Positions 1-9,757 of a stretch of DNA of 50,556 nt are shown piece by piece. The notes beneath the pieces are model-generated. The model saw only the letters and a program-made list of their open reading frames with translations. It searched no databases and was not told the origin of the DNA. How positions within the stretch are numbered: the stretch's first letter is position 1; each line of letters begins with the position of its first letter. The stretch comes from Chitinophagaceae bacterium. GTDB lineage: Bacteria; Bacteroidota; Bacteroidia; Chitinophagales; Chitinophagaceae. Both the position numbers and the translations under genes were made by a program. Location of the stretch: positions 1-50,556 of the forward strand of contig JAYWCV010000075.1 of NCBI GenBank assembly GCA_043780275.1, read 5' to 3'.

Positions 1-2331
1 GTTTTCAAAAACACCCATTAAACCTACCAGATTACCTGTTTTTGGAGTTACATTGATTGTTTTAACTCCTTTTCCACCTCTGTTTGTAAAACGATACTCG
101 TCAACAGGAGTTCTTTTACCATATCCTTTTTCACTTACTACAAGTACCGATCTTCCTGGTTCGGTGCTTGGATAAACAACGATCATTCCAATTACCTCAT
201 CTTTTGTTTCGTCAACTGTAATTCCGCTTACCCCAATGGCTCCTCTGCCGGTTGCTCTTACTTTTGCTTCTGGGAAACGGATAGCTCGTCCACTTTTAAC
301 AGCCATCATAATCTCACTGTTTCCATCGGTTAATTTTGCTTCAATTAACTGATCTCCTTCATTAATAGTAATGGCATTTACTCCATTTTGTCTTGGACGA
401 CTGAAGTCTTTCAATCTTGTTTTCTTAATGATACCATTTTTTGTACAAAGTATAATATAGTGCTCTCCTACAAACTCTTCATCTTTCAAATCTTTGATAT
501 CAATGACAGCCCGGATATTATCGTCGGGAGGAATTTGAATCATATTCTGTATCGCTCTGCCTTTTCCGGTTTTTTCACCATCCGGTATCTGGTATACATT
601 TAACCAGAAACACCTGCCTTTTTCGGTAAAGAATAACATGGTATGATGTGTGGATGCTACAAATAAATGTTCAATCCAATCTTCTTCTCTTGTTTTACCA
701 CCAATTACTCCTCTTCCACCTCTTCTCTGTTGTTTAAACTCTGTAGCAGGTGTTCTTTTTATATATCCCAAATGAGAAATCGTAATGATTACATCCTCAT
801 CTTTAATAAAATCTTTGATATTTAATTCATCATCGTTATAGGTAATCTCTGATTTACGTTCATCTCCAAAACGTTCTTTTACTTCCAGCAATTCGGTGGT
901 AATTAATTCGTAGCGCATGTCTTCGTTCGCCAATAATTCAACCAAGCTGGCAATGAATTTCATTAATTCATCATATTCATTCTTGATCTTTTCCCGCTCC
1001 ATGCCGGTTAAACGCTGTAAACGTAATTCCAAGATGGCTTTTGCCTGGATTTCATCCAACCCCCAGCCGGCAGTAATCAAATTTTCTTTTGCAACATCCG
1101 GTGTAGCAGAACTTCTGATCAATCGGATCACTTCATCCAGGTGATCTAGAGCAATCAGATATCCTTGTAATATATGAGCCTTTTTTCTTGCTTCAGCCAA
1201 TTCGTAATTAGCCCTGCGTACAACCACTTCATGTCGGAATGCTACAAACTCTGAAATAAGGTCTTTTAAATTCAATGTTTTTGGACGTCCTCTTACAATG
1301 GCAATATTGTTGATACCATAGCTGGTTTGTAATTCGGTATGCTTGTATAAATGACTGATGACCACATTGGCAATAGCATCCCTTTTTAAGTCAATGACTA
1401 TTCTTGTTCCTTCTTTATTATTCGATTCATTATTTATATGTGCAATGCCATCAACGATTTTGTCAGTAACCAGTCTTCCAATCTTGTCGCATAAATTATC
1501 CCTGTTTACCTGGTAGGGAACTTCATTTATAATAATCGTTTCCCGGCCACTAGCCTTGGTTTCAATGGTTAATTTACCTCTTAATACTACCCGGCCACGG
1601 CCAGTATGCATACCGGCTTTGATGCCTTCCATCCCGTAAATAATACCACCGGTTGGAAAATCGGGTGCCTTTACATATTCCATTAATTCATCAATGGTTA
1701 TATCCCTGTTTTTAATGTAGGCTATACAACCATCAATGGCTTCGCTTAAATTATGCGGCATCATATTGGTTGCCATACCTACTGCAATACCACTTGATCC
1801 GTTTACCAATAAATTGGGTATTCTTGATGGTAATACCGTTGGTTCTTTCAGGGTATCATCAAAGTTGAATTGAAAATCAACGGTATCCTTATCAATATCA
1901 CTCAACATGCTATCTGCAATACGTTCCAGTTTTGCTTCCGTATAACGCATAGCAGCCGGCCCGTCTCCATCCTGACTACCATAGTTACCCTGGCCATTTA
2001 CCAGGCAGTATCTCATACTCCATTCCTGAGCCATTCTTACCATCGTATCGTAAACAGCCGTATCACCATGCGGATGATACTTACCCAATACTTCTCCCAC
2101 AATACGGGCCGATTTTTTGTGCGTTTTGTTCCAATGTAATCCCAGGTCATTCATCGCATATAAAATACGGCGGTGAACTGGTTTTAAACCATCTCTGACA
2201 TCTGGTAAAGCCCGGCCAACAATTACTGACATGGAATAGTCAATATATGCGGCCTTCATTTGTTCTTCAATATTTACCGGTACTATCCGGTTGTAATCAC
2301 CGGTTTCGGCAGGTATTAAATTATCTTCCAT
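1..2331 (-). CDS. gyrA: DNA gyrase subunit A; the C-terminal end runs off the window start and 777 codons are present
   Basis: It is missing from the ORF track because the frame stays open to position 1. My reverse-strand translation from the ATG at 2331..2329 reads [64 protein letters not shown]...[55 protein letters not shown]. This is the GyrA N-terminal pattern with the catalytic Tyr in the AAMRYTE motif. Confidence 0.95.
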   Translation of the reverse strand, partial: MEDNLIPAETGDYNRIVPVNIEEQMKAAYIDYSMSVIVGRALPDVRDGLKPVHRRILYAMNDLGLHWNKTHKKSARIVGEVLGKYHPHGDTAVYDTMVRMAQEWSMRYCLVNGQGNYGSQDGDGPAAMRYTEAKLERIADSMLSDIDKDTVDFQFNFDDTLKEPTVLPSRIPNLLVNGSSGIAVGMATNMMPHNLSEAIDGCIAYIKNRDITIDELMEYVKAPDFPTGGIIYGMEGIKAGMHTGRGRVVLRGKLTIETKASGRETIIINEVPYQVNRDNLCDKIGRLVTDKIVDGIAHINNESNNKEGTRIVIDLKRDAIANVVISHLYKHTELQTSYGINNIAIVRGRPKTLNLKDLISEFVAFRHEVVVRRANYELAEARKKAHILQGYLIALDHLDEVIRLIRSSATPDVAKENLITAGWGLDEIQAKAILELRLQRLTGMEREKIKNEYDELMKFIASLVELLANEDMRYELITTELLEVKERFGDERKSEITYNDDELNIKDFIKDEDVIITISHLGYIKRTPATEFKQQRRGGRGVIGGKTREEDWIEHLFVASTHHTMLFFTEKGRCFWLNVYQIPDGEKTGKGRAIQNMIQIPPDDNIRAVIDIKDLKDEEFVGEHYIILCTKNGIIKKTRLKDFSRPRQNGVNAITINEGDQLIEAKLTDGNSEIMMAVKSGRAIRFPEAKVRATGRGAIGVSGITVDETKDEVIGMIVVYPSTEPGRSVLVVSEKGYGKRTPVDEYRFTNRGGKGVKTINVTPKTGNLVGLMGVFEN

Positions 2332-2652
2332 CAGGTCTTATATTTCGGTAGTTTTTTAATTACTATGTTTTGAATTATCTTGATTCTCAAACAGATTTTC
2401 ATACAAAAAATGTAAGCGTATTTCAAGGCTTGCAAATCTACCTTAATTAGCCCTTAAAACCTTAATAAACAAGCATTTTTAAGAATTATTTTTTCACAGT
2501 TCTTTTTCAATTGTGGACAAGTACCTGGTGATGCTTATTCTGTATTAGCTGATAATTTTACAAGTTTTAGAAAGTAAACTCTTATCCGCTTTAAACAGAT
2601 GGTTTTCATTCCATAATAAATCTTTATTTTAGGCATTCTTAAAGCAAATACA

Positions 2653-4005
2653 TTGAAAAAAATCCTATTGTTTGGTGCAGGCAAATCAGCTACTGTTCTT
2701 ATTTCCTATTTATTGGAAAATGCTGAAAAAGAAAGTTGGTTGCTGAAATTGGTAGATAGTAACCTGGAGCTTGCCAAATCAAAGTTGAAAGAATCTACAT
2801 ATGGAGTGGCCATTTCATTTGATATAAATCAGGAAGAACAAAGAAAGGAGTTGATTTCGCAAGTTGATCTGATCATTTCCATGTTACCACCCCATTTACA
2901 TTTTCTGGTTGCCAAAGATTGTGCAAAATTGGGTAAACATCTTTTAACGGCTTCTTACCTGGATGAAAATATTAATAGCCTATCCGATGAAATCAAAAAT
3001 AAAGATGTTTTGTTTTTATGTGAAATGGGCCTGGATCCGGGCATTGATCATATGAGTGCTATGAAGATCATCGGGGATATAAAAGAAGATGGAGGATCAG
3101 TTCATTCATTTAAATCGCACTGTGGCGGTTTGGTTGCACCTGAAAGTGATGATAATCCATGGCATTATAAAATTAGTTGGAACCCCAGGAATATTTTGAT
3201 GGCTGGTCAATCAGGGGCTCATTATGTAGAAAATAAAAAAGAAATAAAGCTTACACATGCTGAGTTGTTTTCTTCCATTCGGTTAGTTGACATTCCGGAG
3301 TTAGGAAATTTTGCCTGGTATCCAAACAGAGATTCTGCAAGTTATTCGGCACTGTATGATTTGGAAAATGCGGGAACTTTTATCCGGACAACATTGCGGC
3401 ATCCTGAATTTATATTGGGTTGGAAATATGTATTAAAACTGGGTTTGACCGATGAAACAAAGCGATATGCGACAGATGGAAAAAGCCTTGCCGATTTTTT
3501 TACTGAACATTTTTCAATTCTAGGAAAACCAGATAAAGTATCCTTTCAGGATTGGATAAAGTTGAACGGGAATATTGAAACCAATCAACTCGAAATGATT
3601 TTGAATCAACTTTTATTTCTTGGGATAGATGATCATGAAACATGGATTGATAAAGGTTTTTGTAGTGCTGCAGATATTATGGAATTTATATTGCAGAAAA
3701 AATTAGCGTTATTGCCAAACGACAGAGACATGATAGTGATGTTGCATGAAATTGGATATACCTTGGGTTCAAAAAAATATGAAATTCAAAGTTGTCTTAT
3801 AGTAAAAGGCGAAAACAATTTAAATACAGCTATGGCTAAAACAGTAGGCTTACCATTAGGCATAGCAGCAAAACTCATTTTAAACGGTAGAATAAAAGAA
3901 AGAGGAATTCATATTCCGGTTTCAAAAGAAATTTATGAGCCGGTACTGACAGAACTGGAATCGGTTGGTATTGTTTTCAAAGAGACCGTGAAAGAGATTA
4001 ATTAG
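2653..4005 (+). CDS. saccharopine dehydrogenase family protein (NADP-dependent, L-glutamate-forming type)
   Basis: 450-aa ORF with a TTG start. It has an N-terminal Rossmann motif (KKILLFGAGKS) and the LCEMGLDPGIDHM motif typical of LYS9-like saccharopine dehydrogenases. Confidence 0.85.
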   Translation: MKKILLFGAGKSATVLISYLLENAEKESWLLKLVDSNLELAKSKLKESTYGVAISFDINQEEQRKELISQVDLIISMLPPHLHFLVAKDCAKLGKHLLTASYLDENINSLSDEIKNKDVLFLCEMGLDPGIDHMSAMKIIGDIKEDGGSVHSFKSHCGGLVAPESDDNPWHYKISWNPRNILMAGQSGAHYVENKKEIKLTHAELFSSIRLVDIPELGNFAWYPNRDSASYSALYDLENAGTFIRTTLRHPEFILGWKYVLKLGLTDETKRYATDGKSLADFFTEHFSILGKPDKVSFQDWIKLNGNIETNQLEMILNQLLFLGIDDHETWIDKGFCSAADIMEFILQKKLALLPNDRDMIVMLHEIGYTLGSKKYEIQSCLIVKGENNLNTAMAKTVGLPLGIAAKLILNGRIKERGIHIPVSKEIYEPVLTELESVGIVFKETVKEIN

Positions 4006-4691
4006 ACTAAACTCATCAGCAATTCCTTTAAAATCAAAATGGCTTCTGTTGCCGGTTTTTCAATGGCTGTAAGATTAGTTATTGATGAAGTATATGGAAT
4101 TTTTTTATCGAGGATAAATTTTGGGATATCATGGTTTGCATAGTCAAGCAAACCTGCTGCCGGATACACAACCAATGATGTTCCTACAACAACAATAATA
4201 TCGGCACCTTGTATTATTGGAATCGCTGATTCGATCATATAGACCGGCTCTTCAAACCATACGATGGCGGGCCTTAACTGATTTCCATCTTCGGCTTTAT
4301 CTCCCAGTTGTATATCACCCCTGATTTCATAAATAAGTTCTTCGTTCACTTCACTCCGCATTTTAAAAATTTCGCCATGCAAGTGCGTCACTTTTGTAGA
4401 TCCGGCTCGTTCATGTAAATCGTCTATATTTTGTGTGATGATGTGAACATCAAAATGTTTTTCTAATTGTGCAAAACCTATATGCGCATCATTGGGAAAA
4501 ACTTCCGCAACATTCTTTCTTCTTAAATTATAAAATTGTAATACTTTTTCCGGATCCTTCTTCCAAGCCCTGGGTGTTGCAACATCTTCAATATTATATC
4601 CTTCCCATAATCCATCACTGTCCCGGAATGTTTTTAAACCACTTTCCGCACTGATTCCTGCTCCAGATAATACAACCAGTTTCTTCATCAC
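4002..4691 (-). CDS. cobB: Sir2-family NAD-dependent protein deacylase, a short form with no cysteines
   Basis: 229-aa ORF with the motifs GAGISAESGLKTFRD, ITQNIDDLHERAG, HLHGE and RPAIVWFEE. It lies 3 nt downstream of the EVE gene. Its 3' end overlaps the convergent gene by 4 nt. Confidence 0.85.
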   Translation of the reverse strand: MMKKLVVLSGAGISAESGLKTFRDSDGLWEGYNIEDVATPRAWKKDPEKVLQFYNLRRKNVAEVFPNDAHIGFAQLEKHFDVHIITQNIDDLHERAGSTKVTHLHGEIFKMRSEVNEELIYEIRGDIQLGDKAEDGNQLRPAIVWFEEPVYMIESAIPIIQGADIIVVVGTSLVVYPAAGLLDYANHDIPKFILDKKIPYTSSITNLTAIEKPATEAILILKELLMSLV

Positions 4692-4694
4692 AAA

Positions 4695-5105
4695 TTATTT
4701 TTCACCCGCCAGTTCCATGATTACTTTCCATTCTTTATCGGTTACCGGCGAAACAGATAATCGGCTTATTCGTATAAGTGCCATTTCATTTAATCGTTTG
4801 TCCGACTTCATCGTAGTAAGGCTGACCGGGTTCTTTAATTTTTTTACTGCTTTCAAATCTACAGCTACCCAACGATCATCATCCGTAGTGGGGTCTTGGT
4901 ATGCTTCTTTTACCAGCTTAGCAATACCTACTATTTCCAACCCTTCATTGCTGTGATAAAATAAAATCTCATCCCCTTTCTGCATGGCTTTCAAATGCAA
5001 TCTTGCCGCATAATTGCGGACACCGTCCCAAAAAGTTTGTTTTTCTTTTTCAAAAGTTTCCCAATTGTATTTAAAAGGTTCGGACTTTACAAGCCAGTAG
5101 TTCAT
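4695..5105 (-). CDS. EVE (PUA-like) domain protein
   Basis: 136-aa ORF beginning MNYWLVKSEPFKYNWETF...WDGVRNYAARLHLKAMQKGDEILFYHSN, the characteristic EVE-domain N-terminus. Confidence 0.85.
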   Translation of the reverse strand: MNYWLVKSEPFKYNWETFEKEKQTFWDGVRNYAARLHLKAMQKGDEILFYHSNEGLEIVGIAKLVKEAYQDPTTDDDRWVAVDLKAVKKLKNPVSLTTMKSDKRLNEMALIRISRLSVSPVTDKEWKVIMELAGEK

Positions 5106-5129
5106 TGTAATTATTAATTTTTAAATGCT

Positions 5130-5849
5130 TCACCAGCCAGTGGCCATTACATCGGCAATGTGCATGGTTTTTAAATCATAGCCCTGTTTTTTTATATATC
5201 CATCCAGGTGCATCAAACAGGAAAGATCGGTAGAGATCATATATTCAGCTCCGGTTGCTAAAGCATTATCTACTTTCTGATCGGCCATGCCAATGGAAAT
5301 GGCTTCGAATTTTACGGCAAAACTTCCACCAAATCCGCAACAGGTATCTGTATTTTCCATTTCAATTAATTCCAAACCTGCTACATTGGACAATAATCTG
5401 CGTGGCTCTTCTTTAATTTTGCATTCGCGTAATCCGGCACAGGAATCGTGAAAAGTAGCCTTGCCATCCAGCTTTGCTCCTACTGATTCTATCTTCAATA
5501 CATTCACCATGAATTCGGAAAACTCGAAAATACGGTTTCGCATATCCTTTACTGCATTATGTACCGAAGAATTGTCGAATAGTTTTGTATAGTAATTCCT
5601 GACAAAACCTACACAAGATGCACTGGGTGAAACAATGTATTCGGCATTGCTGAAATCTTTGATAAACTTAGTACATACGGCTTTTGATTCATCAATAAAA
5701 CCTGCATTAAAAGCTGGTTGACCACAACAGGTTTGATCGGAATTATAGGTTACAGTGCAACCTGCTTTTTCTAAAACCTTCACCATATTAAAAGCCGTTT
5801 CAGGATAAAGCTGATCTACAAAACAGGGTATGAAAATTTGAACATGCAT
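5130..5849 (-). CDS. (Fe-S)-binding CCG-domain protein, LutA/YkgE-like
   Basis: 239-aa ORF with two cysteine-rich CCG motifs (CCGQPAFNAGF and CCGFGGSFAVKF). No lutB/lutC-like neighbours are present. Confidence 0.8.
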   Translation of the reverse strand: MHVQIFIPCFVDQLYPETAFNMVKVLEKAGCTVTYNSDQTCCGQPAFNAGFIDESKAVCTKFIKDFSNAEYIVSPSASCVGFVRNYYTKLFDNSSVHNAVKDMRNRIFEFSEFMVNVLKIESVGAKLDGKATFHDSCAGLRECKIKEEPRRLLSNVAGLELIEMENTDTCCGFGGSFAVKFEAISIGMADQKVDNALATGAEYMISTDLSCLMHLDGYIKKQGYDLKTMHIADVMATGW

Positions 5850-5879
5850 AATAATTCAGACAAATTAAGGCATTTGAAT

Positions 5880-6377
5880 TTACGGGTTGTACGATTTTTT
5901 TAAGGCAATCATTTTTAAAGCAGTTAATGCAGCTTCTTCTCCTTTATGTCCGTGTTTGCCGCCAATACGCTCCAGTCCTTGTTCTTCATTATCTAAAGTC
6001 AAAACTCCAAAAATGGTTGGCGATGACATGCTCAGGTTTAATTGTACCACGGCATCCGTAACTGCTTTACATACATATTCAAAATGTGGAGTATCTCCTT
6101 TTATGATACAACCCAGTGCTATGAAGGCATCTGCATCTTTGGTTCCCCAATGGTTGGCATAACTTTTAATGGCAAAACCAATTTCAAAGGCACCTGGAAC
6201 AATAATGGTCTTTATCTTTTTTATTCCTGATTCTTTCAATTTGCTGATACAGCCTTTTTCCAACTCATCTACAATGGCATGATTCCATTCAGTCTTTACT
6301 AAAACAATACAGGCATCCTTCAATTGACGGATGCCTGTATCACTATCTAATAATTTGCTGTTCTTTATATCTGCCAT
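5880..6377 (-). CDS. ribH: 6,7-dimethyl-8-ribityllumazine synthase
   Basis: 165-aa ORF with the motifs VPGAFEIG, GCIIKGDTPHFEYVCKAV and GGKHGHKGEEAA. Confidence 0.95.
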   Translation of the reverse strand: MADIKNSKLLDSDTGIRQLKDACIVLVKTEWNHAIVDELEKGCISKLKESGIKKIKTIIVPGAFEIGFAIKSYANHWGTKDADAFIALGCIIKGDTPHFEYVCKAVTDAVVQLNLSMSSPTIFGVLTLDNEEQGLERIGGKHGHKGEEAALTALKMIALKKSYNP

Positions 6378-6419
6378 AATGCTAATTCTGCATTATTTAT
6401 TTTTAGTAAAGAAAATCAA

Positions 6420-7106
6420 TTAATTGTAAACACCTAATTGTGCCAGGTATTTATCCGCTTCGAATCCTTTTTCCGTACGAGGATATTGTTCCTTCAAAGA
6501 TTTGAATAATTCTTTGGCCTCGTCATTATTATTCATGACTTTTTGTGCAAAATAAGCAGCCATAAATAAATACTCCGAAGAATTAACGTCATCTTCCGGG
6601 AAATGAGAAGCCGCTTTTTTGTAATATTTCAAGGCATCAGCATTCTTTTTCAAATCTGCATTTGCATCAGCAAGCAATTTATACGCACGTGCCTGTACCG
6701 GTTTTGAATCGGTACTGAAATCATTCAGATATTTTATGGCATTGGTATTATCGGCTAATTTTATATAACAATCGCCGGCGTAAAAACGGGCCAGGTTTCC
6801 AGTTTTAGTAGATCCGTATTTTTCGATTATTTTCAAAAATCCCAGGTTAACACCATCACCATTTAATGCAAGATGTAAAGAGTCCTGACGATAAAAATCT
6901 TCTGCTTTAAATATAGCATCGGTTGCTTTCTTTTCATTGGGTTCGTTAACGAAATATTTATAGCCAAGATAACTACCTGCAAACAGGATTATTGCAGCAG
7001 ATCCAATCATCAATTGGCGGCTATATTTATCCCAGATGTTCTTTGCTTTGTCAACCACTATTTGATTATGATCGTTCTCCTGTGTATTTTGTTTTGTGTC
7101 AGCCAT
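6420..7106 (-). CDS. membrane-anchored tetratricopeptide-repeat protein (YfgM-like)
   Basis: 228-aa ORF with one N-terminal TM segment (LMIGSAAIILFAGSYLGYKYF) followed by TPR-like helical repeats. Confidence 0.7.
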   Translation of the reverse strand: MADTKQNTQENDHNQIVVDKAKNIWDKYSRQLMIGSAAIILFAGSYLGYKYFVNEPNEKKATDAIFKAEDFYRQDSLHLALNGDGVNLGFLKIIEKYGSTKTGNLARFYAGDCYIKLADNTNAIKYLNDFSTDSKPVQARAYKLLADANADLKKNADALKYYKKAASHFPEDDVNSSEYLFMAAYFAQKVMNNNDEAKELFKSLKEQYPRTEKGFEADKYLAQLGVYN

Positions 7107-7159
7107 TTTAGTATTCGTTATTTAATTTTTCTGTAATTAATTGTGTAAAAATATTTGAT

Positions 7160-8155
7160 TTAGTCAACAAGGAAAGGATAATGCTGATCGACATAAACAT
7201 CCTTCAGTATTTCACTGTCATCTGGCCAAGGCGATTCTTCTGCAAATTTTACAGAAGCAACAACGGCTTCTTCTACCCTGTCATTAATTATTTTAATTTC
7301 TTCTTCTGTTGCAAAATTATTTGCAAGAATTGTTTTCAGAACCACTTCAACCGGATCTTTTTCTTTGTATTCTTCTACTTCCTCTTTCGATCTGTATTTC
7401 TGTGGGTCACTTACCGAATGTCCTTTGTAGCGATATGTTTTTATTTCAAGCAAAGTAGGTCCACCATTTTCCCTTGCTCTTTTCACAGCCCTGGATACAG
7501 CATTATGAACAGCTTCTGCTGTCATACCATCAACTACATCACTAGGCATTTCGTATGCATCCGCTAATTTGTAAATATCAACTACGTTGGACGTACGTTC
7601 AATAGACGTACCCATTGCATAAAAATTATTTTCGCAAATAAATACGACGGGCAATTTCCACAACATAGCCAGATTGAATGTTTCGTGCAAAATACCCTGA
7701 CGGGCAGCACCATCGCCAAAGAAACATAAAACAACATTTTCAGAATCTCTGTATTGTTCCGCAAAAGCAAGTCCGGCACCTGTACCAATTTGAGCACCTA
7801 CAATACCGTGTCCGCCGTAAAAATTTTGTTCTTTTCCAAAAAAGTGCATACTTCCCCCTTTTCCTTTGGCACAACCCGTTGCTTTACCATAGAGTTCAGC
7901 CATACAGGAATTCAACGAAATTCCTTTAGCAATGGCTAATCCATGATCGCGGTAAGCAGTAATAAAAAGATCTTCGGGTCTTGTTGCAGTCATACATCCG
8001 GCAGCAATGGCTTCCTGTCCGTTATAAACGTGGAAAAATCCACGAATTTTTCCTTCCATTTTATACTTTTCTTCCGACATCAATTCAAATTGACGGATTA
8101 GAAGCATTAGTTCGTACCAGTATAAATAAGTCTCTTTTGAAAAAGTTGTAGTCAC
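7160..8155 (-). CDS. pdhA: pyruvate dehydrogenase E1 component, alpha subunit
   Basis: The ORF shows GFFHVYNGQEA and the TPP-binding block FFGDGAARQGILHETFNLAMLWKLPVVFICENN. The longest ORF starts at a TTG at 8197. I prefer the in-frame GTG at 8155 (VTTTFSKETYLYWYE...), because an exact -7 box (TATTTTTG, 8182..8175) lies inside the longer extension. Confidence 0.9.
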   Translation of the reverse strand: MTTTFSKETYLYWYELMLLIRQFELMSEEKYKMEGKIRGFFHVYNGQEAIAAGCMTATRPEDLFITAYRDHGLAIAKGISLNSCMAELYGKATGCAKGKGGSMHFFGKEQNFYGGHGIVGAQIGTGAGLAFAEQYRDSENVVLCFFGDGAARQGILHETFNLAMLWKLPVVFICENNFYAMGTSIERTSNVVDIYKLADAYEMPSDVVDGMTAEAVHNAVSRAVKRARENGGPTLLEIKTYRYKGHSVSDPQKYRSKEEVEEYKEKDPVEVVLKTILANNFATEEEIKIINDRVEEAVVASVKFAEESPWPDDSEILKDVYVDQHYPFLVD

Positions 8156-8174
8156 TAAAAAAGATTTTGAGTCG

Positions 8175-8182
8175 CAAAAATA
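8175..8182 (-). promoter_or_regulatory. Bacteroidota-type -7 promoter box TAnnTTTG (TATTTTTG) for pdhA
   Basis: Exact match to the TAnnTTTG consensus, ending 19 nt upstream of the GTG at 8155. Confidence 0.4.
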
Positions 8183-8344
8183 AGGGAAAGCAGCCAATTA
8201 TTTACTTCGCAATAATGAATTTTAGAACTGCTTTTTATCCATGATTGCCATTTATTTCACATATTTAAATCCTTATGGAAAAATTAAGTATGCATGGGAA
8301 GTTCATCTTGTTGATTTCTTCTTTGCACTTATCTTGCGGTAGAT

Positions 8345-9436
8345 ATGTTAAAACTCGATTCTATATCATTGATTCAGTTCAAAAACTACAATAATAAATT
8401 GTTCAATTTTGATAAAAGAATAGTTGCAATTTATGGGAAAAATGGTGTGGGCAAAACCAATTTGCTGGATGCTATTCACTATTTATGTTTCACTAAAAGT
8501 TATTTTGGCCGACAGGATGCATCCAATGTTTTAAACGGTCATTCAGGTTTCCGGATTGAAGGTATATTTACTGCTAATAACGAAATAGAAAAAACAGTTT
8601 GTATTCTTCGAGAGACTGGTAAGAAAGAATTTTCGGTTAATGACCAACCCTATGAGAAATTTTCAAAGCATATTGGTAAATATCCCTGTGTTGTAGTTGC
8701 ACCCGATGATATTCAATTAATCACTGCGGGAAGTGAAGAGCGCAGAAAATTTATAGATACTATCCTGTCGCAGATGGATCATATGTATTTGCAGAAATTG
8801 ATTGTATATAATAAAATTATGCTGCAAAGAAATTCATTATTGAGATCATTTGCCGAGTATGGTGGTATAAAAGATTTTTCTGTTTTAGATATTCTGGATA
8901 AACAATTGGCTGAACCTGCGAACTATATTTTTGAAAAAAGAAGCCATTTTCTTTTTACTTTTTTACCACATGTCAAACAACTTTATAATGAGATCTCCAG
9001 GCAGCACGAAGACATTACTATGGTTTATGAAAGCCAGTTAGAAAAAATGCCAATTGAAGAAATTTTAAAATATAGACGACATAAGGATTGTTTGGCTATG
9101 CGAACAACAGCTGGCATTCATCGGGATGAAATAGAGATAAATATGCAGGGTAAAGCTTTCAAAACCCTAGCCTCACAAGGACAGCGTAAAAGCTTATTGT
9201 ATGCGTTGAAATTAGCCGAAATGGATACCCTTAAAAACGAAAAAGGTTTTGCACCTGTGTTATTGCTGGATGATATTTTTGAAAAATTAGATGAGGACCG
9301 GATCAGCAATCTTTTGCAAAGAGTTGCCAATGAAAATGAGGGACAGGTTTTTATTACCGATACCCATTTTGATCGATTGGACGATCATTTAAAATCAATA
9401 GGGATCCCCTACCAGTTAATTGAATTGAATCTTTAA
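8345..9436 (+). CDS. recF: DNA replication and repair protein RecF
   Basis: 363-aa ORF with Walker A (GKNGVGKTNLLDA), an SMC-like signature region (SQGQRKSL) and Walker B (LLLDDIFEKLD). Confidence 0.95.
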   Translation: MLKLDSISLIQFKNYNNKLFNFDKRIVAIYGKNGVGKTNLLDAIHYLCFTKSYFGRQDASNVLNGHSGFRIEGIFTANNEIEKTVCILRETGKKEFSVNDQPYEKFSKHIGKYPCVVVAPDDIQLITAGSEERRKFIDTILSQMDHMYLQKLIVYNKIMLQRNSLLRSFAEYGGIKDFSVLDILDKQLAEPANYIFEKRSHFLFTFLPHVKQLYNEISRQHEDITMVYESQLEKMPIEEILKYRRHKDCLAMRTTAGIHRDEIEINMQGKAFKTLASQGQRKSLLYALKLAEMDTLKNEKGFAPVLLLDDIFEKLDEDRISNLLQRVANENEGQVFITDTHFDRLDDHLKSIGIPYQLIELNL

Positions 9437-9471
9437 ATTCGCGGATATATTAATTCTTTTATTTTTGCTTT

Positions 9472-9753
9472 ATGGGTGAATATTCGATGAGTGATGCGTT
9501 AAAAAAATTTATGGCCGAAAGCCGTTTGAGGGGCTCTATCCAGGCATTACAGATTGAAGATGCCTGGGAAGAAATCATGGGTAAAACCTGTGCCCGATAT
9601 ACAGATAAGGTTCAGGTAATTGGGGATACACTGATTGTTACAACATCTGTAGCACCATTAAAACAGGAATTGAATTTCCAGAAAGAAAAAATCATCGACC
9701 GGGTTAATGAAGTACTTGGTCAACGAATCATTAAGAAATTCGTTGTTAAATAA
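9472..9753 (+). CDS. DUF721 domain protein (the usual recF-downstream gene)
   Basis: 93-aa ORF located 35 nt after recF. Its size and position are typical of DUF721. The family is assigned from memory. Confidence 0.7.
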   Translation: MGEYSMSDALKKFMAESRLRGSIQALQIEDAWEEIMGKTCARYTDKVQVIGDTLIVTTSVAPLKQELNFQKEKIIDRVNEVLGQRIIKKFVVK

Positions 9754-9757
9754 ATAC

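Noticed and set aside
388-2139. Three plus-strand ORFs of 71-89 aa in the first 2.3 kb
   Set aside because: They are antisense to the open gyrA frame, which spans 1..2331. Their translations show no protein-like features.
5130-5849. A LutA-like Fe-S protein lacking lutB/lutC partners, considered as a possible novel context
   Set aside because: Stand-alone CCG-domain proteins are frequent, and nothing in the neighbouring genes (ribH, EVE) suggests a functional cluster.
6378-6419. An FMN riboswitch upstream of ribH
   Set aside because: Only 42 nt separate ribH from the upstream gene's stop, which is too short for an FMN element, and no conserved FMN-riboswitch strings are present.
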